DNA of 61,831 nt from Candidatus Hermodarchaeum yapensis. GTDB taxonomy: Archaea; Asgardarchaeota; Hermodarchaeia; Hermodarchaeales; Hermodarchaeaceae. The stretch's first letter is position 1, and each line of letters opens with the position of its first letter. Position numbers and translations under genes: made by a program. The notes under the pieces are model-generated. The model did not search any database, was not told the DNA's origin, and worked only from the letters and a program-made list of their open reading frames with translations. Below, in pieces: positions 1-8,970 of the stretch. The stretch spans positions 1-61,831 of the forward strand of contig JAEOSK010000015.1 of assembly GCA_016840405.1 (NCBI GenBank), in the 5' to 3' direction.

Positions 1-2
1 TA

Positions 3-458
3 TCAGAAGAAGACTACTGGGCAAGATTAGCTCTTGAAGCAAAAAACATGGAAACCGAGGAACCTTCCTTCCAACCTGTCCAAGGCGATTTACGACGCTG
101 GCAGGGATTCATTTTGGGGACGGGTATCTACGACAAGGGTGTCTTCGTTCTTCAAATCAGTGTGCCCCGTTCCTTTCCGTATGAACCACCAAAGGTGCGA
201 TTTATCACGAAAATCTGGCATCCTAATATTTATCGAGGTCGTGTATGCGTCGGGATTTTAGGAAAAGAATGGTTACCCAGTATGTCACTTACAGGAATTG
301 TCGAAACAATTCGAAATCTTCTCAATTTTCCAAATCCAGATGATCCTTTGAATCAACAAGCTTCTCGTCAAGCTAAACGACAACCTATGAAATTTGAACA
401 GACTGCCCGGGATTGGGTTCAACGTCATGCCGGATGGGACCAAATTCAACGAAGGTGA
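3..458 (+). CDS. Ubiquitin-conjugating enzyme E2 (UBC fold), 5' end truncated by window edge
   Basis: FPYEPPKVRFITKIWHPNI-x4-VC-x2-IL-x3-WLPS: HPN motif and catalytic Cys. The frame is open from position 3 (SEEDYWARLALEAKNM...), giving the N-terminal RL..E helix. Confidence 0.93.
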   Translation, partial: SEEDYWARLALEAKNMETEEPSFQPVQGDLRRWQGFILGTGIYDKGVFVLQISVPRSFPYEPPKVRFITKIWHPNIYRGRVCVGILGKEWLPSMSLTGIVETIRNLLNFPNPDDPLNQQASRQAKRQPMKFEQTARDWVQRHAGWDQIQRR

Positions 459-466
459 GGAAAGGC

Positions 467-1498
467 GTGGTAGACCAGATTCCCGATGAGAAGAAAAAAG
501 GACCGGTATATTTGGGAACTGAACGCTATGCCCGGCAATTACTGCTCACTGAGTGGAATCAAGAGAAACTTGCAAAGTCCAATGTGATTGTGGCTGGTAT
601 GGGAGCTTTGGGAACTATTGTTGCCTTAGACTTAGTATTGACAGGAATTGGAAAAGTTGTGGTTATCGATTTTGACACCATTGAACTCTCGAACCTAAGC
701 CGTCAATTCCTGTATACTGATGAAGATGTGGGAAAACCTAAAGCGGTCATCGCAGGAAAACGCCTACGTGAACTAAACCCCGATGTTCAAGTGTTAGCCT
801 TGAACAGTTCAATTCAAGAGATCCATCATTCAATCTATGAAGAAGCAGATCTGATTATCGACGGCTTAGACACATTCGAAGCTCGACGATGGCTGAATTC
901 TCTTTGTGTCGATAAGAACAAGGTTATGATTCATGGTGGTATGTATGGTTGGTGGGGGAATGTTCAACGTGTTGTTCCATTTGAGACTCCTTGTATGGAA
1001 TGTCAACCCCTAGTTCCCGCTGAACGTTTACAAAAGGCTTGTACACCACCGGGGCAACGCAGAAAAACCGAGGAACCCCCTCCTAAATTTCCGGCGCTTC
1101 TGAGTATTGCTACCATTATTGCGGGAATCCAATTCCAAGAAGCGTTGAAACACCTGCTTAATGTCGGAACTCCCCTGAACAACTATTTGTTTTATGATGG
1201 GCTACACCAGCAGTTCACTACACTTGAACTTGCCCGTAACCCGAATTGTTTCTTATGTAGTGATCGCTTCCGAATTGAAGGAGAAATCTATGCTCTTGAT
1301 AAAAAGGAAACAGTCGCTGAATTGAAGAACCGTCTGATTATGACCTTTGGATTGCAAGCACCGAAAATAATTCTTCGGGGTAAAATTCTAGCAGATGACA
1401 AGGTTCTTGGGAAAATTCGTCTAAAAGAAAAAGAACCACTTTTCATCATTGATGCAGCTATCGCCCTACCACTGAAACTCTTTGCTGTATTCAAATAA
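467..1498 (+). CDS. Ubiquitin-activating enzyme E1-like (ThiF/MoeB adenylation domain, Zn site, putative catalytic Cys, C-terminal ubiquitin-fold domain)
   Basis: RYARQ, GMGALG, DFDTIELSNLSRQFLY, GKPKA, DTFEARRWLN, two CxxC (CMEC, CFLC), ACT in crossover loop, C-terminal beta-grasp-like TVAELKNRL..KIILRGKIL. Likely GTG start at 467 after GGTGAGG. Confidence 0.9.
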   Translation: MVDQIPDEKKKGPVYLGTERYARQLLLTEWNQEKLAKSNVIVAGMGALGTIVALDLVLTGIGKVVVIDFDTIELSNLSRQFLYTDEDVGKPKAVIAGKRLRELNPDVQVLALNSSIQEIHHSIYEEADLIIDGLDTFEARRWLNSLCVDKNKVMIHGGMYGWWGNVQRVVPFETPCMECQPLVPAERLQKACTPPGQRRKTEEPPPKFPALLSIATIIAGIQFQEALKHLLNVGTPLNNYLFYDGLHQQFTTLELARNPNCFLCSDRFRIEGEIYALDKKETVAELKNRLIMTFGLQAPKIILRGKILADDKVLGKIRLKEKEPLFIIDAAIALPLKLFAVFK

Positions 1499-2252
1499 GG
1501 GGAATTACCGTCAGTCGCACCAATAACACAGTGATGACGACGAACAGCGTAACGCTTAATGTAGATATCAAGGCGATGGTCGTGGATATACGATGTCTTT
1601 CTCGGAGACCCATTGAGAGAAGAATCGCACCCCACAGCAATGCAGCACAGGCAAGTCCATACACAACTAACCAAATTGGATGAAGATAGAGGAGAGCCAG
1701 TGAGGATATGTCAGTGTTGGGAAGGAAGGCCATAAGCAGCCCGAGGGAGAGCAGGTTCACAAGAAGAAATGGGAGAAGAGCGTACTGACCCATAAGGTAT
1801 GTTATTGAAAACGGTTCATCGCGGTTTCCTGAGTATTGAGCGATAATATGGATAACGCCGAAATAGAAGATGTTCAGGAGCATGTAAAGCAGAGCAAGAA
1901 CAAGGAGGACTCCTAAGAAGCTAAACACTAGATTAACTGTCGCTCCCAAAATTTTCGAGGCCATTGCGACATACCAGAGAGAAATCACAACTAGATTGGC
2001 AAGAAAAAGTAACAGAGGACCTCTTGTGTCTGGTTCATGAGCAATATCCCAAAAAGTAATTGAAGGGATCCGTAGGACACCCCACAGCCGTTGTCGGAAA
2101 GAAAGCCGACTTTCCCATTGTTTTTCAGGACGCCGCATAAAGGGAAGAATGCGTTCGAATTGTTCTACTCGGAACCGATATCCACATTGGGGACAAACAG
2201 CGTCCTTGGAATCTACACGAATCAAACATTCAGGACACCGCAATGAGGACAT
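1491..2252 (-). CDS. Zinc-ribbon + Yip1-like multi-pass membrane protein
   Basis: N-terminal CPEC..CPQCG, then LWGVLRIPSITFWDI (Yip1-like P..F motif) and about 5 hydrophobic helices. Confidence 0.7.
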   Translation of the reverse strand: MSSLRCPECLIRVDSKDAVCPQCGYRFRVEQFERILPFMRRPEKQWESRLSFRQRLWGVLRIPSITFWDIAHEPDTRGPLLLFLANLVVISLWYVAMASKILGATVNLVFSFLGVLLVLALLYMLLNIFYFGVIHIIAQYSGNRDEPFSITYLMGQYALLPFLLVNLLSLGLLMAFLPNTDISSLALLYLHPIWLVVYGLACAALLWGAILLSMGLRERHRISTTIALISTLSVTLFVVITVLLVRLTVIPLI

Positions 2253-2504
2253 GCTAGAACCACACTCGATATCAGGAAATTGGAGACGGGCTTTATTTGC
2301 TTTCGGTTTTCAAGCACTGACGAAAGGTTTAAGTTCGAAATCCGCACATCCCCATCTCGAAGTGATCCCTATGGGGTATGACTTTCTCACAAACAATTGA
2401 TCATTTTCGTAAACCGACTCGTTACCCCAGGTTTAGGAGGGGATCGCAACGAATAACAACCGTTTTCATAGCGACTTTTTTCAATACAGTGGAGGTTCGA
2501 TTCC

Positions 2505-5399
2505 ATGATTGATCCAAAAGAAATAGAACCAAAATGGCAAATGCGATGGCGTGAAGCACAAGCTTTTGAAGCAGATCCTGACTCACAACGACCCAAATTC
2601 TATTTGACGGTACCATATCCATATGCTAATGCGCCCATGCACGTAGGCCATGGTCGAACCTACACGCTTGGTGATATCATCGCGCGGTACAAGCGCATGA
2701 GTGGATACAATGTACTGTGGCCCATGGCAGCCCATGTCACAGGTACTCCAGTAGCAGGCGTAGCTAACCGGATTCGGGCAAAGGATCCAGAGATTCTAAA
2801 AGATTACCGCATCAATATTGGATATTGGCGACCAAAGAAAGATATTGACTCGGTACTAGCAACATTTACTGACCCCAAGGCAATAGCCCAGTTCTTTGTC
2901 AACGTTTTCGAAGGCGACTTCAGAAAACTAGGATATTCAATCGATTGGCGACGAAAATTCACCACTAACGATCCCGAATACCATGCCTTTGTTACATGGC
3001 AGTTTATCAATCTACAACGACTAGGCTACATCACCAAAGGAAATTATCCAATCTTGTACTGTGTCAACTGCGGAAACGCAGTTGGCGAAGACGATCTTCT
3101 AGTGGGTGAACATGCAAAAGTCGCAGAATTTGTTGCCATCAAATTCCCATACGAGGATGGTTACTTAATTGCAGCCACTCTCAGACCAGAAACCGTTTAT
3201 GGAGTAACAAATGTCTGGATAAATCCGACCGTCACCTACATGAAACTCCAAGTAGGTGAAGAAATCTGGTATACCGCCCAGCCAGCAGCACGAAAACTAG
3301 TCAACCAAGGACACAAATCGAAACGAATAGAAGAAATTCCTGGCACTGAGTTCATTGGAAAAACCTGTAAATCCCCAGTTGAAGATCGGGATTTACCGAT
3401 TTTGCCCGCTGAGTTTGTGGATCCAGAAAATGCAACAGGTATAGTTTACAGTGTGCCTTCACACGCGCCTTTTGATTGGGCGGCTCTCCGAGACCTCCAA
3501 AAGTCGAAAAAAGCCGTTCAAGGGTTCAAACTTGACTTTGAAGCCGTTAAGGCAATCCAGCCAATTTCAATCATAGCGGTGGAAGGCTACGGTGAACATC
3601 CGGCTATTGAATTGATAGACCAAATGAAGATTAAAAGTCAGAAAGCTACAGCAAAACTGGATGAAGCCACTGAAACCCTCTATCGAGTAGAATTTTACCA
3701 AGGGGTAATGAAGGACAACACCGGACCCTTCGTAGGACGCAAAGTCAGCGAAATTAAAGAAGACGTCATCACTCATTTACAAGAAGAAAATCGCGGATTT
3801 CGCTTTTACCAACCCGATCAAAAACCAGTCACCTGCAGATGTGGAAATGAAATCGTTGTCGCAGTATTACCTGATCAATGGTTCATCAATTATGGTAACG
3901 CTGAGTGGAAAGCCAAAGCTTCGAAAGCTTTAGAACAAATGCTCATCTTCCCTGAGATGTACCGTAAACTTTTCGAATCAACGTTTGATTGGCTGAAAGA
4001 GCGCCCTGCAGCGCGGAAACGTGGACTAGGAACACGTCTTCCATTCGACCGAAATTGGGTCATTGAATCCCTTTCCGACTCAACTATCTACATGGCATTC
4101 TACCTCATTATCAATCACATTCGAAGCAATCAGATTAACCCACGACAACTGGACCTATCATTCTTCGATTACGTGCTATTAGGCAAAGGTGACATAAATC
4201 AAGTAGCAGAGAAAACGGACATCCCGACCGATTTACTCCAGAAGATGCGAAACGAAGTTGATTACTGGTACCCTAATGACGAACGACACACAGCCGTAGG
4301 TCACATTCCAAATCACCTCTCCTTCTTCATCTTTCATCATGCAGCACTCTTTCCTGAACGTTACTGGCCCAAAGCAATTACTCTTAACGAATTTGTAATT
4401 CGAGACGGAGAAAAGATGAGTAAGAGTAAAGGGAATTTCATTCCAATGTCGGAGATACCCCGACGATATGGCGCAGACCTTTACCGCCTTTACATCAGTC
4501 AAATCGGAGACTTACAATCTCTCGTCGATTGGAAGGAAAAAGACGTAAACACCGTACAACGACGTATCAAACGACTCATTCGGATATTAGATGAAGCATC
4601 TAAGATACCTGACATCCCTCTAAATGATACTAAGCTCAGTATGATGAGCCGTTGGATTCTCTCTAAAATTAACACCACTATCAGAGATGCCACGGATTCA
4701 ATCGAACATTTCCGTTTCCGAACCTTCATCCTGCAATCCTTCTTTCAACTACAAAGCCACGTTGAGTTCTATTTACGTCAAATAAAGAAAGATAACCCAG
4801 AGCGCAATTCTGTCCTTAGATACATCATCACACGCTGGAACAAACTTCTCGCCCCAGTAATGCCCCATTTATGCGAAGAAGTATGGGAACGACTTGGAAG
4901 CATCTCCTTTGTCTCATTAGAGAACTGGCCTACACCAGATGAGAAGTATATTGATGAAAAAATTGAGAAGGCAATGGAGGTCGTCTCTCACACCATTGCT
5001 GACATCAAAGAGATCAAAGGACTTCTCAAAGGCAAGAAGATAGAGACGGTCCACATCTACGTTAGTCCCACATGGAAGTACGGTGCGTTCAATAAGCTAG
5101 CAAAAGCTGATGTTCCCCCCACCGTGAAGGACCTAATGCCCATTTTGATGAAGGACGCCAAACTGCGAAAACGAGGAAAAGAAGTCAATGAACTTGTCCA
5201 AGTGGTCGCAAAAGCGGGAGGCTATTGGACTTTTGTCGACAAAAAGACAGAAATTAATGCCTTAAAAGAAAACAGCAGCCTCATCCAAGCCGAAACCGGT
5301 TTAACAATAGATGTCCAAGATGGCGACAACCCCACAAATGATCCGGAAAAACGGGCGCCTAAAGCGTTACCCGGTCGCCCTGCGCTATTCTTAGAATAA
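2505..5399 (+). CDS. leuS: Leucyl-tRNA synthetase (archaeal type)
   Basis: PYPYANAPMHVGH (HIGH), DWRRKF, ATLRPET editing domain, SVPSHAPFD, ESLSDSTIYMA, KMSKSKGN, C-terminal ALPGRPA; GGAGG upstream. Confidence 0.97.
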   Translation: MIDPKEIEPKWQMRWREAQAFEADPDSQRPKFYLTVPYPYANAPMHVGHGRTYTLGDIIARYKRMSGYNVLWPMAAHVTGTPVAGVANRIRAKDPEILKDYRINIGYWRPKKDIDSVLATFTDPKAIAQFFVNVFEGDFRKLGYSIDWRRKFTTNDPEYHAFVTWQFINLQRLGYITKGNYPILYCVNCGNAVGEDDLLVGEHAKVAEFVAIKFPYEDGYLIAATLRPETVYGVTNVWINPTVTYMKLQVGEEIWYTAQPAARKLVNQGHKSKRIEEIPGTEFIGKTCKSPVEDRDLPILPAEFVDPENATGIVYSVPSHAPFDWAALRDLQKSKKAVQGFKLDFEAVKAIQPISIIAVEGYGEHPAIELIDQMKIKSQKATAKLDEATETLYRVEFYQGVMKDNTGPFVGRKVSEIKEDVITHLQEENRGFRFYQPDQKPVTCRCGNEIVVAVLPDQWFINYGNAEWKAKASKALEQMLIFPEMYRKLFESTFDWLKERPAARKRGLGTRLPFDRNWVIESLSDSTIYMAFYLIINHIRSNQINPRQLDLSFFDYVLLGKGDINQVAEKTDIPTDLLQKMRNEVDYWYPNDERHTAVGHIPNHLSFFIFHHAALFPERYWPKAITLNEFVIRDGEKMSKSKGNFIPMSEIPRRYGADLYRLYISQIGDLQSLVDWKEKDVNTVQRRIKRLIRILDEASKIPDIPLNDTKLSMMSRWILSKINTTIRDATDSIEHFRFRTFILQSFFQLQSHVEFYLRQIKKDNPERNSVLRYIITRWNKLLAPVMPHLCEEVWERLGSISFVSLENWPTPDEKYIDEKIEKAMEVVSHTIADIKEIKGLLKGKKIETVHIYVSPTWKYGAFNKLAKADVPPTVKDLMPILMKDAKLRKRGKEVNELVQVVAKAGGYWTFVDKKTEINALKENSSLIQAETGLTIDVQDGDNPTNDPEKRAPKALPGRPALFLE

Positions 5400-5403
5400 G
5401 AAC

Positions 5404-5595
5404 TTAAGCAACTCGTCGACCATATTGCTGTGTCTCAGTACTAGGTTGTCCAATTGGAAATTCATGTTCACACTTTGGACATTTCGCATGCCCACAGTTC
5501 CCCATCGTTGCTGAGGGACAATCACCACATGCCATGATGCGCCCATAACTAGTATCAAATCGAAAGCCACATTGAGGGCAGACAACGAGGGTCAT
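5404..5595 (-). CDS. Small Cys-rich zinc-finger protein (CPxCG type)
   Basis: 63 aa with CPQCG, CGDC, C, CPKC; GGAGTGA RBS-like motif upstream. Confidence 0.7.
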   Translation of the reverse strand: MTLVVCPQCGFRFDTSYGRIMACGDCPSATMGNCGHAKCPKCEHEFPIGQPSTETQQYGRRVA

Positions 5596-5652
5596 TTAGT
5601 GAATCACTCCGGTGCCTTCCTTCCGGCGCCGCGTAAAAAGCATTTCGGACGG

Positions 5653-6729
5653 TTAATCTCGTACACGTGTATAACGGATTAGAAGCACCAATTCAATGAC
5701 AGCAATTCCCCCAAGAATGGCAGCGATTATAATAACAGGCATACTGATGATAAGGAAATCAGAGACAGAAGGAATTCCACCACCCACCCCGGTTGCTACT
5801 ACACCCGTATTGTAAGCCATTATTCCGATGTAATCCTCGAGCGCAGAGAAGATTATACGAAGCCACACCAGTGGAACCCCCGAGTCAGCTGACAATTGTT
5901 GGGCAAACTCCCCGGCTGCCTGAAGCCTTGCGACATCGGAAGCCAAAATTAAATTGACTGACCGATTCCGGAGTGCCTGTTCCACTGCAAATAACTCAGG
6001 TCCAGAAATGAAGATATTCTCTCCTTCCGACAGAAGAGCTACCACGTCGAGCCCAAGAGCTTCAGTGACATAGGCCTCTGCAGGGAAAGTAATGACTACA
6101 CGTTTTCCTGAAAATCCATGAAGCTGACTCTGCTCAGCGATGAAATCCTCTAATTCTGTAACTTCGAGCACGAATTCATTGAACCGCCCTTGCCAATATT
6201 GAGTAAAGGTTGCATTCAATGAAGAGCACATAATGCGGGTTGCATTAGCTATTGCGATAGCATTCTGTGGTAGTAACCAGTAACCGTGGAGATTATCATT
6301 ATGATCATGCTGGTGTGTGATTCGACTTGAAATTTCAGAATATCCAACAAGTGGAAGAAGTTCTGCACCCATTGCTTCGTAGTCTTCGAGTGTAATGTAA
6401 GGCTTACCCGTCTGATTTGCAAGTTCTTCTTCCCAAGTGAAATGCCCAGTCAGTACCAAGAAATCCGCAGAATTGGCTTCAGCGATTACTGCAGGAGTGA
6501 GTGTAAAAGTATGAGGTTCTATGCCTTCAGGGAGTAATACGGAAATTGAAGTGTATATTCCCCCAACTTCGCGAACAACGCCAGCTAAGGGCTGAATCGA
6601 GACGCCAATAGTTAATGCAGGAGTTGTCTGTGCGAAGGTTTTTGGAAAAACACCAACCGCACCAAAAATCAAACACGCCATTACTGCACTTGCAAGAAAT
6701 TGGATTCTTCGCATTCTTATCATCTTCAC
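5653..6729 (-). CDS. Zn/Mn/Ni ABC transporter substrate-binding protein (ZnuA/TroA family) with C-terminal TM anchor
   Basis: Signal peptide, LLPEGIEPHTF, His-rich loop HQHDHND, NLHGYWL, C-terminal hydrophobic helix. Confidence 0.88.
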   Translation of the reverse strand: MKMIRMRRIQFLASAVMACLIFGAVGVFPKTFAQTTPALTIGVSIQPLAGVVREVGGIYTSISVLLPEGIEPHTFTLTPAVIAEANSADFLVLTGHFTWEEELANQTGKPYITLEDYEAMGAELLPLVGYSEISSRITHQHDHNDNLHGYWLLPQNAIAIANATRIMCSSLNATFTQYWQGRFNEFVLEVTELEDFIAEQSQLHGFSGKRVVITFPAEAYVTEALGLDVVALLSEGENIFISGPELFAVEQALRNRSVNLILASDVARLQAAGEFAQQLSADSGVPLVWLRIIFSALEDYIGIMAYNTGVVATGVGGGIPSVSDFLIISMPVIIIAAILGGIAVIELVLLIRYTRVRD

Positions 6730-6747
6730 ACTGGGCTTGAGCCCTCA

Positions 6748-6815
6748 TTATTAACTTTTAACAAGTTTGTTAATAACTCCCGAATATTAATAACATTTCT
6801 GTTCTTTTTATTAAC
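6748..6815. promoter_or_regulatory. Candidate NikR-type operator between divergent znuA and nikR-znuCB
   Basis: TTATTAAC(6748)-N13-GTTAATAA inverted repeat, and TTAATA(6787)-N16-TATTAA(6809). Confidence 0.5.
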
Positions 6816-6840
6816 ACAATACTCAAGCGTGGTGTACCCA

Positions 6841-7245
6841 TTGCCTATCGTCAGCATTTCCATAAGCGATGAAGACCTTCGAGTACTAAACCAGCTCCAA
6901 ACAGAAAGCGGATTCACAAACCGCTCCGAACTTCTCCGTCGAGCTCTTCGAACGCTAGCAAATGAAGTTCAAGAACTTGATAAATTATCGGGCGAAATTT
7001 CAGCTGTGCTAACTATTGTCTACGGAAAAAAAGGCAAGGGAATGGAGAGCAACTTTCTACTTCATCGCCAAGCCCAACTCATCGATGCATTGCTGCACTC
7101 TCACACCGTTAACGGAGAATGTATTGAAGTCATTGTAGTTAATGGCCCAGCAAATGATGTGCGTAAATTGATAAAAACACTGAAAGGCAACCGCAAAATC
7201 CATACTATAAAAGTCGCTATAATTGGAGGGGAAACACCTGACTAA
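6841..7245 (+). CDS. NikR/CopG-family metal-responsive transcriptional regulator
   Basis: Ribbon-helix-helix N-terminus (IVSISI..NRSELLRRALR) and ACT domain with HxH-x5-CIE; likely TTG start at 6841. Confidence 0.85.
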   Translation: MPIVSISISDEDLRVLNQLQTESGFTNRSELLRRALRTLANEVQELDKLSGEISAVLTIVYGKKGKGMESNFLLHRQAQLIDALLHSHTVNGECIEVIVVNGPANDVRKLIKTLKGNRKIHTIKVAIIGGETPD

Positions 7246-8047
7246 CCACCCACATTTAATTGAAGCAGAGAGCCTTTCAGTAAAATATCCAAACGGCGAA
7301 CTAGCCCTCGAAGATGTGACTTTTACAACGGATGCATCAACCTTTCTAGCAATAATTGGACCTAACGGATCAGGAAAGACAACTCTTGTCAAAACAATGC
7401 TAGGGCTTCTCAAGCCTTGCAGTGGTTCAATAAAGGTTCTTGGTTATGATGCGAAACGGGAGTACAATGCCATTCGACGGTTAGTCCGGTACGTTCCTCA
7501 GCGAGACCACATCCAGCATAATGTACCCATGAAAGTTAAGGACATTGTTTTAATGGGACGGTTGCTGAAGAAATCTCCGCCACGATTTGCGTCCGATAAA
7601 GATGTTGATTATGCTCGTGATGCACTTCGCCGAGTGGATTTGGAAGAGCTATGGAATCAACCGTTTCCCGAATTGTCAGGCGGTCAACGTCAACGAGTTC
7701 TTGTAGCCCGCGCGTTAGCGGGTGAAGGTCCAATCTTAATGCTAGATGAACCCATGTCCGGTGCTGACCATGATAGTCAAGTTCGGATAGTTGACGCACT
7801 GCACGAATATCACGAAGAAAGCCAGGCGAACATCATTATGGTCACTCATGACCTCAATCCCATTCACATAGTCGTGAAAGACGTTCTAATGTTGAACCGG
7901 ACCGTGATGGGAATTGGCCACCCCTGTGAGATAATGGACACAGAACTAGTCAAACAAGTGTATGGTCCCACCGCGTACATCGTCGAGTTAGACGGTCACA
8001 AGTATTGCATTACACACGATTCAGGAATCGACGATCATGATCGCTAG
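7223..8047 (+). CDS. Metal ABC transporter ATP-binding protein (ZnuC/MntA family)
   Basis: GPNGSGKT, YVPQ, LSGGQRQRV, LDEP, VTHD; His/Cys-rich tail. Confidence 0.92.
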   Translation: MEGKHLTNHPHLIEAESLSVKYPNGELALEDVTFTTDASTFLAIIGPNGSGKTTLVKTMLGLLKPCSGSIKVLGYDAKREYNAIRRLVRYVPQRDHIQHNVPMKVKDIVLMGRLLKKSPPRFASDKDVDYARDALRRVDLEELWNQPFPELSGGQRQRVLVARALAGEGPILMLDEPMSGADHDSQVRIVDALHEYHEESQANIIMVTHDLNPIHIVVKDVLMLNRTVMGIGHPCEIMDTELVKQVYGPTAYIVELDGHKYCITHDSGIDDHDR

Positions 8048-8882
8048 TATATTCGATTTAATTCTGACCTCACCAATCCTCCAGCGAGCGCTAGTCGCTT
8101 CTTTGTTTGTTGCATTCATTGCAGCCACTAGTGGTTCATTCATGGTGTTTAGGGGATTATCATTCCTTACAGCAGGCGTCGCCCATGCGGCTTTAGCTGG
8201 AGCAGCACTCGGTCTATTACTTCAAGCAAGCGGCTTTGCACCATGGTTTAGTCCCGTCCTTGGTGCTGTGATTTTCGCCGTGCTAATGGCAGTGTTAACC
8301 GCGTATGCTGGAGAACGTGGAATTGCACAGAAGATGGAAGTTGCAGTTGGAGTCGCCTTTGCCCTTTCAATGAGTATTGCTGTGTTCCTTATGTATTACC
8401 TGCCCCCTGCGATGATTCCACAAATATGGGGCTACCTATTTGGCGACCTCCTTTTGCTAGATAACCTTGATATCGTACTTTTGGCAGGAACTGCACTTTC
8501 CCTTATACTGATCGTCATTCTCTTCAAGAAAGAGTTTGTCTATGTTAGCATCGATATGGAAGGCTCAACAGCCCATGGTATGAGCGCTCGTGGGTACCAT
8601 TATCTCATGATCATTGTTGCAGCCATTGCCATCGCCCTTACCGCAAAGGCTGTTGGTGCAGTGCTTGTTTATGCAATCCTTGTTGCTCCTGCTGCGGCTT
8701 CAAATGAGGTATTAAAAACGGTCAATGGAGTGATTATTGGGTGCTTTGTGTTAGCATTACTTGCGATGCTCATTGGATTGGCGAGTTCCTTTGCAATTTT
8801 AGCCTCACCCAGCGCTATTGCAGGAATTGTTGCAGCGCTAATGTATGTCGCTGCGATTCAAGTGAAGCGATTGAGGCGCTAA
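8037..8882 (+). CDS. Metal ABC transporter permease (ZnuB/ABC-3 family)
   Basis: GVAHAALAG, YLFGDLL, VGAVLV..LVAPAA; multi-TM; overlaps the ATPase stop. Confidence 0.92.
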   Translation: MIASIFDLILTSPILQRALVASLFVAFIAATSGSFMVFRGLSFLTAGVAHAALAGAALGLLLQASGFAPWFSPVLGAVIFAVLMAVLTAYAGERGIAQKMEVAVGVAFALSMSIAVFLMYYLPPAMIPQIWGYLFGDLLLLDNLDIVLLAGTALSLILIVILFKKEFVYVSIDMEGSTAHGMSARGYHYLMIIVAAIAIALTAKAVGAVLVYAILVAPAAASNEVLKTVNGVIIGCFVLALLAMLIGLASSFAILASPSAIAGIVAALMYVAAIQVKRLRR

Positions 8883-8970
8883 AATTAACTTTTTTTGATT
8901 TACGTTAAAAAGCGGTTTTACCACATTTAATAAGCGTCCGTGTGTGTCCGTATTCTGGAGAGATGAGACC

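Noticed and set aside
413-466. ORF-track N-terminal extension of E1
   Set aside because: Overlaps the E2 gene; the RBS-like GGTGAGG favours GTG at 467
1270-1498. E1 C-terminal ubiquitin-like segment as a conjugatable ubiquitin
   Set aside because: Ends LFAVFK with no Gly-Gly; better read as a UFD
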